Positions 38,297 to 47,734 of a stretch of 64,000 nt of DNA are shown here, one piece after another (position 1 is the first letter of the stretch; each line of letters starts with the position of its first letter). Source of the DNA: a virus (taxonomy: Duplodnaviria > Caudoviricetes); the IMG/VR virus record IMGVR_UViG_3300010366_000012, positions 11,012-75,011 of that record. The stretch is one strand, 5' to 3'. The translations under genes were made by a program, and so were the position numbers. The notes under the pieces are model-generated. The model was given only the letters and a program-made list of their open reading frames with translations. It was not told the DNA's origin and did no database searches.

Positions 38297-39055
38297 ATGG
38301 CTGACACATTGTGGGAGCGGGTCGCCCGCGCACTGGAGCTGGCGATCACGTCGGGCGAGCAGGGCTACAAGCCGGGCGACACGCTGCCGTCTGAGAACGA
38401 GCTGATCACCCAGTACGGCTACTCGCGCAACACGATCCGCAAGGCGCTGGACAGCCTGGCTGACGCCGGGCTGATCACCAGCTCCCCGGGCGCGCGGCGG
38501 CGGGTGACCGCCCGGCTGCTGCTCAACGTCCACGTCACCCGGACCGCCGACCGGGCGGTGGGCGGCCAGCTGGCCACCCGGGGCGCGGACAGCTGGCGGG
38601 CGGACATCGAGCACCTCGGGCACCGGGCGGACGAGCAGGGGCCGACCGTGCGGGAGGGCCGGGCGCACGAGGTGGCCGGGCGGCTGGGCGCGGCGGGCGA
38701 TCTGGTGTACGTGCGCGAGCTGATCCGGCTGGTGGACAACCGCCCGCACAACATCGCCCGCTGGTACTTCCCCGGGACCATCGCCCGGGGCACCAAGCTG
38801 GCCCACCCCCGGGACATCCCCGGGGGCTCGATCCCCTACCTGTCGGGCATCGGCGCGCGGCCGGAGAGCTACACGGTGGAGATCGAGAGCCGGATGCCGA
38901 CCCGGGCCGAGGCCGGGCGGCTGGTCATCCCGTCCGGCGTGCCGCTGCTGGTTGAGTACCGCACCGGGTTCGGCGCGGCCGGGGTGCCGGTGTTCGTGGA
39001 AGTCTCGTTCTGGCCGTCCGACCGGGCGCGGCTGATCATGGAGCTGGAGTCATGA
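38297..39055 (+). CDS. GntR/HutC-family repressor with UTRA domain (KorSA/TraR-like)
   Basis: YKPGDTLPSENEL...YGYSRNTIRKAL..L...GL; divergent from the translocase operon. Confidence 0.9.
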   Translation: MADTLWERVARALELAITSGEQGYKPGDTLPSENELITQYGYSRNTIRKALDSLADAGLITSSPGARRRVTARLLLNVHVTRTADRAVGGQLATRGADSWRADIEHLGHRADEQGPTVREGRAHEVAGRLGAAGDLVYVRELIRLVDNRPHNIARWYFPGTIARGTKLAHPRDIPGGSIPYLSGIGARPESYTVEIESRMPTRAEAGRLVIPSGVPLLVEYRTGFGAAGVPVFVEVSFWPSDRARLIMELES

Positions 39056-39273
39056 TCCCCGGGGACCGGGTGCGGACGCCGCGCGGGGACGGGCGCGTGG
39101 TCATGGACCGGCAGAGCTTCGACATGGACATCTGCGATGCGGCCTGGCACCACGCTGCGGGCGGCCAGCCGCCGCGGTGGATCACCGTGGCGCTCGACCA
39201 CGACGGCGGGGAAATGACGTTCCTGCCGACCGAGGTGACCGCCCTGGCGATGGCCGGGTCATGCGACCCATAA
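39052..39273 (+). CDS. hypothetical protein
   Basis: ATGA overlap with GntR gene. Confidence 0.55.
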   Translation: MIPGDRVRTPRGDGRVVMDRQSFDMDICDAAWHHAAGGQPPRWITVALDHDGGEMTFLPTEVTALAMAGSCDP

Positions 39274-39320
39274 ACTCGCTGTCAGTACATGGCGAGGCGG
39301 CTTGGCAAGGCTGGCGCGGA

Positions 39321-39512
39321 TCATGTCGAGCCCGGCTCTTCCTCGGGAGGGTCGGGCTCGGGCATCCCCAGCCACTGGCGCATCGCCTGCCGGAATGCGG
39401 CGGTATTAGACAAGCCCAGTTCACGCGCTCGCCGCTTGAACGGCACCCACAAGGTGTCATCAATCCGACCGGCGCTGCGGTTCGGCGTCAACTTCGCTGT
39501 CCTTCCGGTCAC
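39321..39512 (-). CDS. ribbon-helix-helix (Arc/CopG-like) DNA-binding protein
   Basis: TPNRSAGRIDDTLW..FKRRARELGLSNT..FRQAMRQWL. Confidence 0.65.
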   Translation of the reverse strand: MTGRTAKLTPNRSAGRIDDTLWVPFKRRARELGLSNTAAFRQAMRQWLGMPEPDPPEEEPGST

Positions 39513-39544
39513 AGCGGGGGTGTACTTACAATCGGGAGCAGGCG

Positions 39545-40225
39545 ATGACAAGCACAGACACAGACACAGACAGCGAGCTGCCCGGGGTCCAGCTGGCAGA
39601 CCGGGTGGTGGGAGCGGTCTGCGTGGCTATGACCGTGGCCGCGCTGGTCCTTAGTTACAGCAACCTGGTGGACTTCGCCACCAGGCACGGGCAGGGAATG
39701 CCGAAGGCGCTGCTCTTTCCGCTGATCATCGACTCGTTCGTGGTGTTCGGTGAGGTGCGGCTCTATGCTGCCACGGCACGTGATGAGGGTACTTGGATCA
39801 AGGCCCGGATGTGGCTGATCACGATCTTCGGGCTGGCCGCCTCGATGGCGGGCAACTGGCTGCGCTTCGGCGCGGTGCCGGTGACATGGAACCTGGCCGC
39901 GGCGGCAGCTCCGCTCGCCGCGGCGATCGGCCTGGGCGTCGGGCTCGGGCTGGTGAAGCTGCATGCTCGGCCGCAACTGAGTGACGCGCAGGATACCCCG
40001 CTGGAGCCGGAGCCGGAGCCCCGGCCGGTGAAGGCTCGTCCTGCCGCAGCTTCCCGCCGAGCCCGGCGCTCAGCTGGGCGGCCGGACCCGGAGCTGGTCG
40101 CGCTGCTGCGCGCCGACCGCGACGACGGCAAGAGCCTGGCGTGGCGTCAGGTGGTCGAGCGGCACGGCACCACGCAGCACAAGGCGCGCACCGCCCTGGC
40201 CGCGCTGGGCAACGGGGCCGGATAG
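39545..40225 (+). CDS. DUF2637-like (SpdA/AICE-type) membrane protein with C-terminal HTH
   Basis: LSYSNL.D.A..HG.....LFPLIID motif; 4 TM segments. Confidence 0.75.
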   Translation: MTSTDTDTDSELPGVQLADRVVGAVCVAMTVAALVLSYSNLVDFATRHGQGMPKALLFPLIIDSFVVFGEVRLYAATARDEGTWIKARMWLITIFGLAASMAGNWLRFGAVPVTWNLAAAAAPLAAAIGLGVGLGLVKLHARPQLSDAQDTPLEPEPEPRPVKARPAAASRRARRSAGRPDPELVALLRADRDDGKSLAWRQVVERHGTTQHKARTALAALGNGAG

Positions 40226-40229
40226 CGGA

Positions 40230-40259
40230 GAGCCCGGCCCCCGCGGGGGAGCCGGGCTC
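40230..40259. terminator. probable bidirectional terminator hairpin
   Basis: GAGCCCGGC...GCCGGGCTC between convergent genes. Confidence 0.65.
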
Positions 40260-40277
40260 GCCTGGCTGACGGTTCAG

Positions 40278-40637
40278 TCAGTACGTCTGGATGTTGTGGA
40301 TCGTGCCAGACGTGTCTGAGTAGCCGTAGCCGCCGTGCTGGTTGCTGCGCGCACCCGGCTCGTACACCACGGGGTTGCCGTGCTTGACCCCGGGCACGGT
40401 GTCACGGTCGGGGTTGCCGTCCTGGTCGATGAAGTCAGCGAACGGCCAGACCCAGAACCGGTTGCACGGGTTGAAATTGATGTGCGCCGTGGTCGAGGTC
40501 CGGTTGTGCGTCACGCTGACATCCGGGTGGTTGGCGCAGCGCGCCGCGCCGGGAGCTGCCGAAGCGGGAGCCGCCACGGCCATCAGGCCGCCCGAGGCCA
40601 TCAGGGCCAGGGCGGCGATAGTGGTTCTGATCTTCAT
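40278..40637 (-). CDS. secreted protein with Sec signal peptide
   Basis: MKIRTT-hydrophobic core-APASA; two Cys; RBS AAGGAAAGGA. Confidence 0.75.
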   Translation of the reverse strand: MKIRTTIAALALMASGGLMAVAAPASAAPGAARCANHPDVSVTHNRTSTTAHINFNPCNRFWVWPFADFIDQDGNPDRDTVPGVKHGNPVVYEPGARSNQHGGYGYSDTSGTIHNIQTY

Positions 40638-40743
40638 CATGAGATCCTTTCCTTGTCACCCCGGGACGTCGGTCGGCCCGGGTGGCCTTGGAGGATGACC
40701 GAGCAGGCCCCTGCCCCCGTCGCGGGGGCCTGCCCGGGGCCTG

Positions 40744-41622
40744 TCAGTCGCTGGACGGCCGGACCGGGACGATCAGGCAGCGGTAGTGCTCCCCGATCTC
40801 GGCCAGCACCGGCTTGCCCGCGCGGGTCAGCCGCAGCCGGACCGGCATGGACTTCTCGCCCGTCTCGACCTTGGCGAGGATGGCCAGCCACTTCTGCTCG
40901 ATGTGGTAGAAGCGCTCGATCTCGCCATCGTCGGACAGCGCCTGATCCATCAGCCGGTCCACGGGCGGGTAGTCGTTGCCCACGATCGCCTGCGGGCTGT
41001 AGCTGGTGTCCGGGCCGTCGCTCTGCACCAGGACGAGCGACACGCGCTCGGCCCCGGGGTCGCGGCTGATCACCACGTGCGGGCGCAGCAGCGGCTCGGC
41101 GTACTTGGTGCCGTCGCTGGTGGCCAGCTTGAAGATCTTGACCGCCTTGGCCAGATCCTTGACGCCGACCACGACGTCCAGCTCCGTCTCTGGCACCGGC
41201 CGCGGCAGGCCGTGCTCGATCTCGTGCAGCCTGGCGATGTCGTCGGCGTCATCCCCGAACACATAGCCGGGCGGGAACCTGTCCTTGTGATCCTCGTGGT
41301 CGGACAGGTGATTCTTCAGCTGGGCCAGCCGGTCGGCCTCCTGCTCGTCCCCGTAGCCGTGGCCGCGGTAGATGAAGTGATCGTGCGGCAGGGTGCCCTT
41401 GACCGCGAGCAGGTCTGCGAGCGGGATGCGCTCCTGGCTGGCCACGTAGCGGTTGGTCGCCTCGAACCGCAGCTCCCCCTTGTGATTGGGATCGGGGTAG
41501 ATGTGGATCGCGGTGAGCAGCGGCAGCGTGTCATCGGTGGACGCGGACAGCGTGGCGTTGGCCACGGCCCGCATGAAGCCAGCCGCGGACACGGTGACGG
41601 TGCTGGGGGTGTTGTCTGACAT
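40744..41622 (-). CDS. DNA polymerase III beta-clamp-like protein
   Basis: AS.DDTLP.LT.IHI, LRFEATNRYVA, YPPVDRL, C-terminal CLIVPVR. Confidence 0.75.
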   Translation of the reverse strand: MSDNTPSTVTVSAAGFMRAVANATLSASTDDTLPLLTAIHIYPDPNHKGELRFEATNRYVASQERIPLADLLAVKGTLPHDHFIYRGHGYGDEQEADRLAQLKNHLSDHEDHKDRFPPGYVFGDDADDIARLHEIEHGLPRPVPETELDVVVGVKDLAKAVKIFKLATSDGTKYAEPLLRPHVVISRDPGAERVSLVLVQSDGPDTSYSPQAIVGNDYPPVDRLMDQALSDDGEIERFYHIEQKWLAILAKVETGEKSMPVRLRLTRAGKPVLAEIGEHYRCLIVPVRPSSD

Positions 41623-41650
41623 TGCCTTCTCCTTGTCGTGATGCCAGATG

Positions 41651-41899
41651 CTACGGCATGAGCCCGTTGGCGTAGCCGTAGGCGATGAAGCCGCGGTAGG
41701 CCCGCAGCAGATCTGCGGGAACCCTGGACTCGTCTAGCCACTCGTTCCCGTCCTCGTCCGGCCCGGACACCGCGCCCAGCTCCCTGAGCGCGGTGTCGAA
41801 CCGCACGGCGTCTTTGTCGAACACTTCCTGGCTCGCGGTGGGCTTGCTGACGGCCTGCGGTATCCAGGTGCCGTGCTGGTCGAAGAACCCGTTGCTCAT
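41651..41899 (-). CDS. hypothetical protein
   Basis: ATGA overlap; codon usage. Confidence 0.6.
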   Translation of the reverse strand: MSNGFFDQHGTWIPQAVSKPTASQEVFDKDAVRFDTALRELGAVSGPDEDGNEWLDESRVPADLLRAYRGFIAYGYANGLMP

Positions 41900-42294
41900 G
41901 ACTGCACCAGGCCCTTCCGCACGAGCGCCTTGATGATCGCCTTGCGCGCCTCGCCCTCTTCGACGCCGTACCGGAGCAGCTCCGGCAGGGTGCTGAAGGC
42001 CACGGCGGACGAGCCGCACTGGCAGCCGTGCCCGGTGTAGTCCTCGGACTCAGCCAGCAGGCCGAACCGGCCATCGGCCAGCCGGACGACCGTGTAGCTC
42101 TCGCTGTCGGACGAGGGCTTGCCCTCGGCCAGGTCCAGCTCCTGCCACGGCTCGCTGTAGTCACCGCTCCACACCGCGGCGATCACCCCGGCCACCTGGG
42201 CCAGGTGCCACTTCGGGTCGTGCAGGCAGCAGCTCTCCAGCATGTCGAACTGGCTGCGGAGCCCGGCCAGCGGGTCAACGATCTGCGCGTTCAT
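41896..42294 (-). CDS. hypothetical protein
   Basis: RBS AAGGGAGG. Confidence 0.65.
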   Translation of the reverse strand: MNAQIVDPLAGLRSQFDMLESCCLHDPKWHLAQVAGVIAAVWSGDYSEPWQELDLAEGKPSSDSESYTVVRLADGRFGLLAESEDYTGHGCQCGSSAVAFSTLPELLRYGVEEGEARKAIIKALVRKGLVQS

Positions 42295-42305
42295 GTCATC
42301 CTCCC

Positions 42306-42839
42306 TTACGCCCACACGACCATCGAGTCAGAAGCGACCGCGGAAGTCGCCAGGTTTTCCAGCTGGGCCAGCCGGTCACCGAAGTAGCCCGGAGCCCGGC
42401 CGCACTCCACGACCATCGCGGAGCCGGTGCCGGGGCCGCCGCTCAGCACGTGCGCCGGGGTGCCCTCGTCGCCGCGGGCGTCGAGGAAGGCGCGGGCCGT
42501 CAGCACCCGGCCGAGGAAGTCCTCGCCGGGGCACTGGCCCATCAGCTCACCGAAGTCCGGCAGGTCCAGCACCGGCAGCGTGCCCACCGGCTCGCCGTCC
42601 GGGCGCAGCCCGAGCAGCTCCAGCAGCGCGGCTGCGTTGGCGTTGGAGACGTTCACCTCGTCGGCGCGGCAGCCGCAGGCCGCCTCGTCGGCGTCGTTGT
42701 GCTCGCAGAGCCCGAAGTACAGCGAGGCGTCCTCGCAGCAGCTCTCCGGTCGCCTGTGCGAGTGGTCCGGCCCGCAGAACAGCACGGTGTGCCCTGGCGT
42801 CTCTTCGATGTACCGCCCGGCGCTGAAGGTGACTGACAT
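42306..42839 (-). CDS. hypothetical protein (Cys/His-rich)
   Basis: first gene after the 42897 promoter; repeated RBS. Confidence 0.7.
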   Translation of the reverse strand: MSVTFSAGRYIEETPGHTVLFCGPDHSHRRPESCCEDASLYFGLCEHNDADEAACGCRADEVNVSNANAAALLELLGLRPDGEPVGTLPVLDLPDFGELMGQCPGEDFLGRVLTARAFLDARGDEGTPAHVLSGGPGTGSAMVVECGRAPGYFGDRLAQLENLATSAVASDSMVVWA

Positions 42840-42934
42840 TGCCTGCTCCTTGCCCTTGCCCTTGCCTTACGGCTTCAGCCTACCCGGCTCCGGTCATTCT
42901 GTCAACAGTGACCGGGCCGGGTTCCTGAATTGAT

Positions 42935-43321
42935 TTACCAGCCCCACGGGATGTCGTCGGGGTAGGGCACGTCCCCGAGGGCTTCCTTCAGCTTGGTGAC
43001 CAGCTGGCAAGATTCGGAGTCCTTCCATCCGGGGTGCTCACACGACTGGTAGCTGTAGCAGCCGAGAGTCTTGGCCAGCGCGCCGCCGTCGAGCAGCTCG
43101 GTCGGCACCCAGGTGTAGGTAGTGACGTCGCTGTCGCGGAAGCCGACCGGGCCAGGCCGCCCGCCGTCCTTGTCGTGCGGGTAGCGGTAGGCCACGCTCG
43201 CCAGGCATTCCGCCCAGAGCATCCGGCCCAGCTCGTCCGGGCTCTTGCTGCTCAGCTCCCGGGCCAGGATGGCCGTGACCATCATGTCGATGTGCTGCTT
43301 GCTGACGATCCATGCGCTCAT
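42935..43321 (-). CDS. conserved-looking phage hypothetical protein
   Basis: MSAWIVS..HID...CYSYQSCEH; RBS CAAGGAGAAGGC. Confidence 0.7.
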   Translation of the reverse strand: MSAWIVSKQHIDMMVTAILARELSSKSPDELGRMLWAECLASVAYRYPHDKDGGRPGPVGFRDSDVTTYTWVPTELLDGGALAKTLGCYSYQSCEHPGWKDSESCQLVTKLKEALGDVPYPDDIPWGW

Positions 43322-43389
43322 GTCTTGCCTTCTCCTTGACGTGTCGCGCGGGGGCCGGTTGCCCGGCCCCCGCTGGGGGTCCGCGGTGC

Positions 43390-43755
43390 TTATGCCTCGC
43401 GGTAGATGACGGTCGGGTTGCCGTTGGCGTCCAGCTTGTTCGAGTCCACCTCGTAGATGTAGGCGGCATCGCCCGCGTCCCGGGCCATGATCCCGACGCT
43501 GAGGAAGTCGAGCGGCTTGCCGTTGCTGGCGTACTCGCCCGCCTGCCAGACCACGAACTTCGCGGCCAGGTAGCTCGGGTCGTTGAAACGGGTGTCGGAC
43601 GTCTGCTCCTTCACCGCGGCGAAGAACCGCTCCAGGCTGGCCGGGACGCCATGCTGGCTGTCGGGGTAGCCGTCGCTGTGCCGGTAGACGTTCGCCTCGG
43701 TGACGAACACGCCATCGCGCCGGTCCCCGAAGTGGATGTTGCACCTGGTGCTCAT
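43390..43755 (-). CDS. conserved-looking phage hypothetical protein
   Basis: MSTRCNI...YRHSDGYP motif; own promoter and terminator hairpin. Confidence 0.7.
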   Translation of the reverse strand: MSTRCNIHFGDRRDGVFVTEANVYRHSDGYPDSQHGVPASLERFFAAVKEQTSDTRFNDPSYLAAKFVVWQAGEYASNGKPLDFLSVGIMARDAGDAAYIYEVDSNKLDANGNPTVIYREA

Positions 43756-43793
43756 GTCTGCTCCTTGTCCTTGTCGGTGCCTTCAGCTCCAGC

Positions 43794-44093
43794 TTAATCG
43801 CCGGATGCCGTTCTGTCAACAGTTGCGGGCTTTTTCACCATGTAATCGCGCAGCGCCGTGAGCTGGCCGGTGACGCGCTCGATCTCCAGCACTGCCGCGG
43901 CCTCCCAGCCGGGCGAGACGATCTCCAGGTGCGTATGCAGGGCATGCAGATCCTCGTAGGCGTACCGGACCACGTGCCGGGCCTCGGCCCAGTGGGACCG
44001 GCCCATCTGGCGCAGCTCGTTCTGCCAGTCCAGGCGGCGCAGGGCCTGCAGCAGGTCGTCCATGCTGGCGTCGGCCAGCAGCTTGCCGCTCAC
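43794..44093 (-). CDS. hypothetical protein
   Basis: operon packing. Confidence 0.55.
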   Translation of the reverse strand: MSGKLLADASMDDLLQALRRLDWQNELRQMGRSHWAEARHVVRYAYEDLHALHTHLEIVSPGWEAAAVLEIERVTGQLTALRDYMVKKPATVDRTASGD

Positions 44094-44707
44094 CAGTACA
44101 GCCCGGACGGGTTCAGGTCCGTGATCATGCCGCGGACGTCGATCGGGATCAGCCCGCCCATGCCGGAGGCGTCCATCGCGGTGAAGATCTCGCCCGCGGG
44201 CCAGCCCCCGACCGGCGCGTGCGCCAGCACCGCCCAGCCGGAGGCGTCCAGCGGCTCAATCATGCGCAGGAATGCCTTCGCGGCTGGACCCAGCTCAGCC
44301 TTCACCGCTGGGTTCAGCTCAACATCAGGGCCGCCCCCGGTGGTCGGCTGGCCCCACGTCCAGATCGAGCCCGAGCCGTGCGGCTTGTGGCCTTCCAGCC
44401 CGCGGCGCACCACGATGTAGGGCTCCCCGAGCGTGGCGGGCACGATCGTCGGGTCCACCACGATCGCATCCTCGGCGTAGCAGTCGTCCCCGAGCACGAA
44501 CCAGCTGTGCTGGCTGGTGATCCCGGGCGCGGTGCCCCGGCACATTCGCCCGCGGCCGAACCGGCCGGTCCGCAGGATGGCCAGCGACACCTCGTGGCAC
44601 CGGCCCGGCCACTTCTCGATCCGGACGCCGATCTCGTCGGCAATGGCGTTCACGTTGTCCGCGGCAGCCATCGCCTGCTCCAGCGTGAGCAGCTCACCGG
44701 TCATCAT
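44090..44707 (-). CDS. hypothetical protein
   Basis: GRCHEVS...QHSW..DPT; operon packing. Confidence 0.65.
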   Translation of the reverse strand: MMTGELLTLEQAMAAADNVNAIADEIGVRIEKWPGRCHEVSLAILRTGRFGRGRMCRGTAPGITSQHSWFVLGDDCYAEDAIVVDPTIVPATLGEPYIVVRRGLEGHKPHGSGSIWTWGQPTTGGGPDVELNPAVKAELGPAAKAFLRMIEPLDASGWAVLAHAPVGGWPAGEIFTAMDASGMGGLIPIDVRGMITDLNPSGLYW

Positions 44708-45200
44708 CGTCGGCCACCTCCACCACTCCGCGGAACGTGCCCTCGGGCAGTGTCCCGTCCAGCACCCGCAGGTGCTTCAGCGTCCCTGCCGTAGTGATCA
44801 CGATCTCAACCGTGAACCTCGACTGCGGCAGCTCGGATGCCCGGGGGTCGGCGTTCGTCACGCCCTCGGCCGGGTAGATGCGGAACTTGCAGGCCGGGTG
44901 CTGCGTGCGGAACCGCTTCAGCTGGGTGTAGGCCGCCTGCAGCCTGGCTGGCGTGGCGTCCGGCCGGATGCGGTCATTGATCAGCATGGACCCGGTGGGC
45001 TCCAGCAGCTCCATGAGCTGGCGGGCCGCGCGGGCGGGCTTGGGCCAGGAGGCCCAGCCGTCGCTGCAGCCGTTCGCCCCGGCCATCAGCGACCGCAGCG
45101 TCAGCACCGCGGGGCCGAGCACCGGGTGATGCTCGGACGGCGGGCCGGACCGGAACAGCATTTCGGCCCGCTCGATGTCGTGCTCGTTCATGTACTTCAT
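44694..45200 (-). CDS. hypothetical protein
   Basis: operon packing, RBS AGGAGAGG. Confidence 0.6.
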   Translation of the reverse strand: MKYMNEHDIERAEMLFRSGPPSEHHPVLGPAVLTLRSLMAGANGCSDGWASWPKPARAARQLMELLEPTGSMLINDRIRPDATPARLQAAYTQLKRFRTQHPACKFRIYPAEGVTNADPRASELPQSRFTVEIVITTAGTLKHLRVLDGTLPEGTFRGVVEVADDDDR

Positions 45201-45202
45201 GG

Positions 45203-45439
45203 CTATGCCCTCTCCTGCTTCTTCGCGTCCGCGGACTCAGCCCGTGAGGCTGTCATCGGGTCCACCGTGGCCAGGGTCGCGTGGACCTGGGCGGCCAGCA
45301 GCATGTTCCGGGTGCAGACGTAATGCACATCGTCGCTGTAGTGGCCATCCAGCTCGCAGTAGCTGTTGTGCTCGTGCGTGCGGACCTTCTCCAGCAGCCC
45401 CTCGGCCGCCCGGTAGTGGTTGTGCGGCATCAGCGCCAT
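45203..45439 (-). CDS. hypothetical protein
   Basis: HYRAAEGLL...LLAAQVHATLA. Confidence 0.6.
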   Translation of the reverse strand: MALMPHNHYRAAEGLLEKVRTHEHNSYCELDGHYSDDVHYVCTRNMLLAAQVHATLATVDPMTASRAESADAKKQERA

Positions 45440-45441
45440 GG

Positions 45442-45867
45442 TTACCGCCTCGCCTTCAGCGGCGTGCGCACGCCCGCGATCCGGGCCTCGACGCCTGCCG
45501 GGCTCATGTTCTCCGCGCTCGCCAGCGTGCCCTCATACACCGCGGTCACCCGCGGGTAGCACACCCGCGCGATCACGTGGGGCATGAGCAGCTCGGCCGC
45601 GGCGATGGCGCACTGGATGGCCGCCTCGGTGTCGTCCGGGTGGACCTGCAGCGAGGCGTCGGTGATGCCGACCGTCAGCCGGTCGATGAACGCCTCGTGC
45701 TCGGCCCAGGTGCTGTGCCCCTCGCACGGGGCCGCGCCCTCGCGCACGCCCGCCAGGAAATCGGCGGCGTCGATCAGGGTGCCATCGGCCAGGCCGCGCT
45801 GGATCGCAGCGGCCAGCTCCGCGTCGGTCGGGTTGGCCGGGTCGGCCACATACGGGCTCTTGTCCAT
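45442..45867 (-). CDS. hypothetical protein
   Basis: repeated RBS CAAGGAGAAGGCAATG. Confidence 0.65.
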   Translation of the reverse strand: MDKSPYVADPANPTDAELAAAIQRGLADGTLIDAADFLAGVREGAAPCEGHSTWAEHEAFIDRLTVGITDASLQVHPDDTEAAIQCAIAAAELLMPHVIARVCYPRVTAVYEGTLASAENMSPAGVEARIAGVRTPLKARR

Positions 45868-45936
45868 TGCCTTCTCCTTGCCCTTGCTTGCCTTCTGTCA
45901 ACAGTGTAGCAGACACCGCCGACATTCTCAACCGGT

Positions 45937-46119
45937 TTACCGCAGCGTCCGGCCGCCGATGATTTGCGCGCGGATGGACTCCAGGTCATCCGGATCGCCC
46001 GTGCCCGCGGTGATCGCCTTGGCCTTGCACTCCGCGCACGCCTGCCGGACCTGCCAGCGGCGCGCGTCCAGCTGGCAGATCCGGTGGTAGCCCTCGATCG
46101 GGACGTAGGCGTGCCTCAC
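45937..46119 (-). CDS. hypothetical protein
   Basis: 3' part of track ORF from GTG 46119. Confidence 0.45.
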   Translation of the reverse strand: MRHAYVPIEGYHRICQLDARRWQVRQACAECKAKAITAGTGDPDDLESIRAQIIGGRTLR

Positions 46120-46234
46120 AGCCCCAGCCCCCACAGCCACTGCATGGCGCGGTGGTAGCGCCGGGCGAACGGGGAGGTGGCCTCCCCGGCCGCGATGAAG
46201 TGCCCGCGCCAGTGCTTGCCGATCCAGCGGGTGA

Positions 46235-46663
46235 TCATGACTGCTCCTTCCCGAACTCATAGCCCGCCTCCCACAGCCGCCGCAGCAGCTCTGTAGCCTG
46301 CGTGCGGAAGGCCAGGCTCCGGGTGCCCTGGTGCTCGGCCAGCTCGATGAGCTGGTGAATCGCCTCGGTGGTGTTCATGCCGGGCTTGGGCAGCTTGCTG
46401 AGGAAGCCGTAGCCCTTCAGGTAGTCCAGGCCCTCGGCCCGCAGCCGGTACAGCGTGGCCCCGCGGCTGGTCTTGGACTGCACGTAGCGCCGCTCGATCA
46501 GCAGCCCGGCCGTCCTGTCGATGTCGCCCAGCTCCCACGTGGCCAGGCTGTCGTGCGCCCTGCGCAGGCTCGCGGCAGCCGTCCAGTGCTCGCCTTCCTC
46601 GCGGATCGCGCCCAGCAGGATGAACTCCTGGGGGCTCACTTCGCCCTTGGCCTCGACGCTCAT
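46235..46663 (-). CDS. winged-helix-like protein
   Basis: LIERRYVQ....LYRLRAEG wHTH pattern. Confidence 0.55.
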   Translation of the reverse strand: MSVEAKGEVSPQEFILLGAIREEGEHWTAAASLRRAHDSLATWELGDIDRTAGLLIERRYVQSKTSRGATLYRLRAEGLDYLKGYGFLSKLPKPGMNTTEAIHQLIELAEHQGTRSLAFRTQATELLRRLWEAGYEFGKEQS

Positions 46664-47244
46664 GACTGCTCTCCATCCATAATCCGGCCGATCGCCTCAG
46701 CGTTCGCGGTCAGCTCTGCCGAGAGCTGCTGCCCGGCCTGCCGGGCTGCCCGGCGCTTCTCGTCCGGGCTCAGCTCACCAAACTTCCGGTCCGCCCAATC
46801 GACCGGCCGGTTGTCCTCGCAGGCCACCAGCTCCAGATCGAAGCTGGCCGTGTCGTGCCCGCGGGTGATCCGGTAGCGCCACGCCTGCAGCAGCCGGTCC
46901 GTGCCGATCTCGCGCCGGTCGAGGCAGAACTCAGTCTCCCCGTCCCGCGCGGCCTGCCCGGCGAACTTGCTCGCCTGGTACCAGTCGGTCACGCCCGCGG
47001 CGCACCGCAGGTTGGTGAGCAGCTGCTCGACCGCCCCGGCCCACGCCTTCGCCTGCTTCAGCGTGGCGTAGTTCCCCAGGCTGGTGAAGCTCTTGGGCTG
47101 GTCGGCCAGCCACGTCTCTAGCCACCAGCGGTTGCCGGTGTGGGTCTTGCCGATCGCGTAGGCGTGCCCGTGCTCGCTGCGGCTGCCGCCGTAAACAGTC
47201 ACGTGGCTGCCGGTGCTCGCCCGGGTCCATCCATCCTTGCTCAT
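46660..47244 (-). CDS. hypothetical protein
   Basis: repeated RBS; promoter at 47300. Confidence 0.65.
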   Translation of the reverse strand: MSKDGWTRASTGSHVTVYGGSRSEHGHAYAIGKTHTGNRWWLETWLADQPKSFTSLGNYATLKQAKAWAGAVEQLLTNLRCAAGVTDWYQASKFAGQAARDGETEFCLDRREIGTDRLLQAWRYRITRGHDTASFDLELVACEDNRPVDWADRKFGELSPDEKRRAARQAGQQLSAELTANAEAIGRIMDGEQS

Positions 47245-47540
47245 TGCCTTCTCCTTGCCCTGTCTGCCTTGCACGTCCAGTCTAATGCCCCCGCGGGCAT
47301 TCTGTCAACAGTGAATGAGCCGTGATCGCAGGTGACCCGGTAGCTTTCGTCTGCCGCGGCGAAGCCCCAGGTGCGCGCATCGCCCATGATCGGGTTGGGG
47401 GCACCTCCGGGGTAGGTGGCCCGCAGGACGTGGAATCGGTACGTGCCCTGGTCCCTAGCCGACTTGGCGATCGTGGTGGCCTGGTAGCGGTTCAGCTCCA
47501 GCTGCTCGCACAGGTGCGCGATCAGCTCGGCGCGGTTCAT
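47241..47540 (-). CDS. hypothetical protein
   Basis: ATG 47540, operon overlap. Confidence 0.45.
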   Translation of the reverse strand: MNRAELIAHLCEQLELNRYQATTIAKSARDQGTYRFHVLRATYPGGAPNPIMGDARTWGFAAADESYRVTCDHGSFTVDRMPAGALDWTCKADRARRRQ

Positions 47541-47734
47541 GACCCCACCTGATAGCTCTTGTCGCACGAGACGCACACCACGCCGAGGAACGCCCCGGTG
47601 CGTGCCTGGAAGATCCGTGCCGACACCATCGGCTTGCCGCAGTCCGGGCACGGGATCGCCAGGGCGTCCAGCTTGGCGCGCACCTCATCGACCAGCTCAG
47701 CCGGTGCCACGTCGCGCCCGCCAACGGCGGTCAT
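47537..47734 (-). CDS. Zn-ribbon protein
   Basis: CPDC...CVSC. Confidence 0.55.
   Translation of the reverse strand: MTAVGGRDVAPAELVDEVRAKLDALAIPCPDCGKPMVSARIFQARTGAFLGVVCVSCDKSYQVGS

Noticed and set aside
39273-40744. clt-type 8-bp TraB recognition repeats near the transfer module
   Set aside because: No convincing tandem octamer cluster found by eye.
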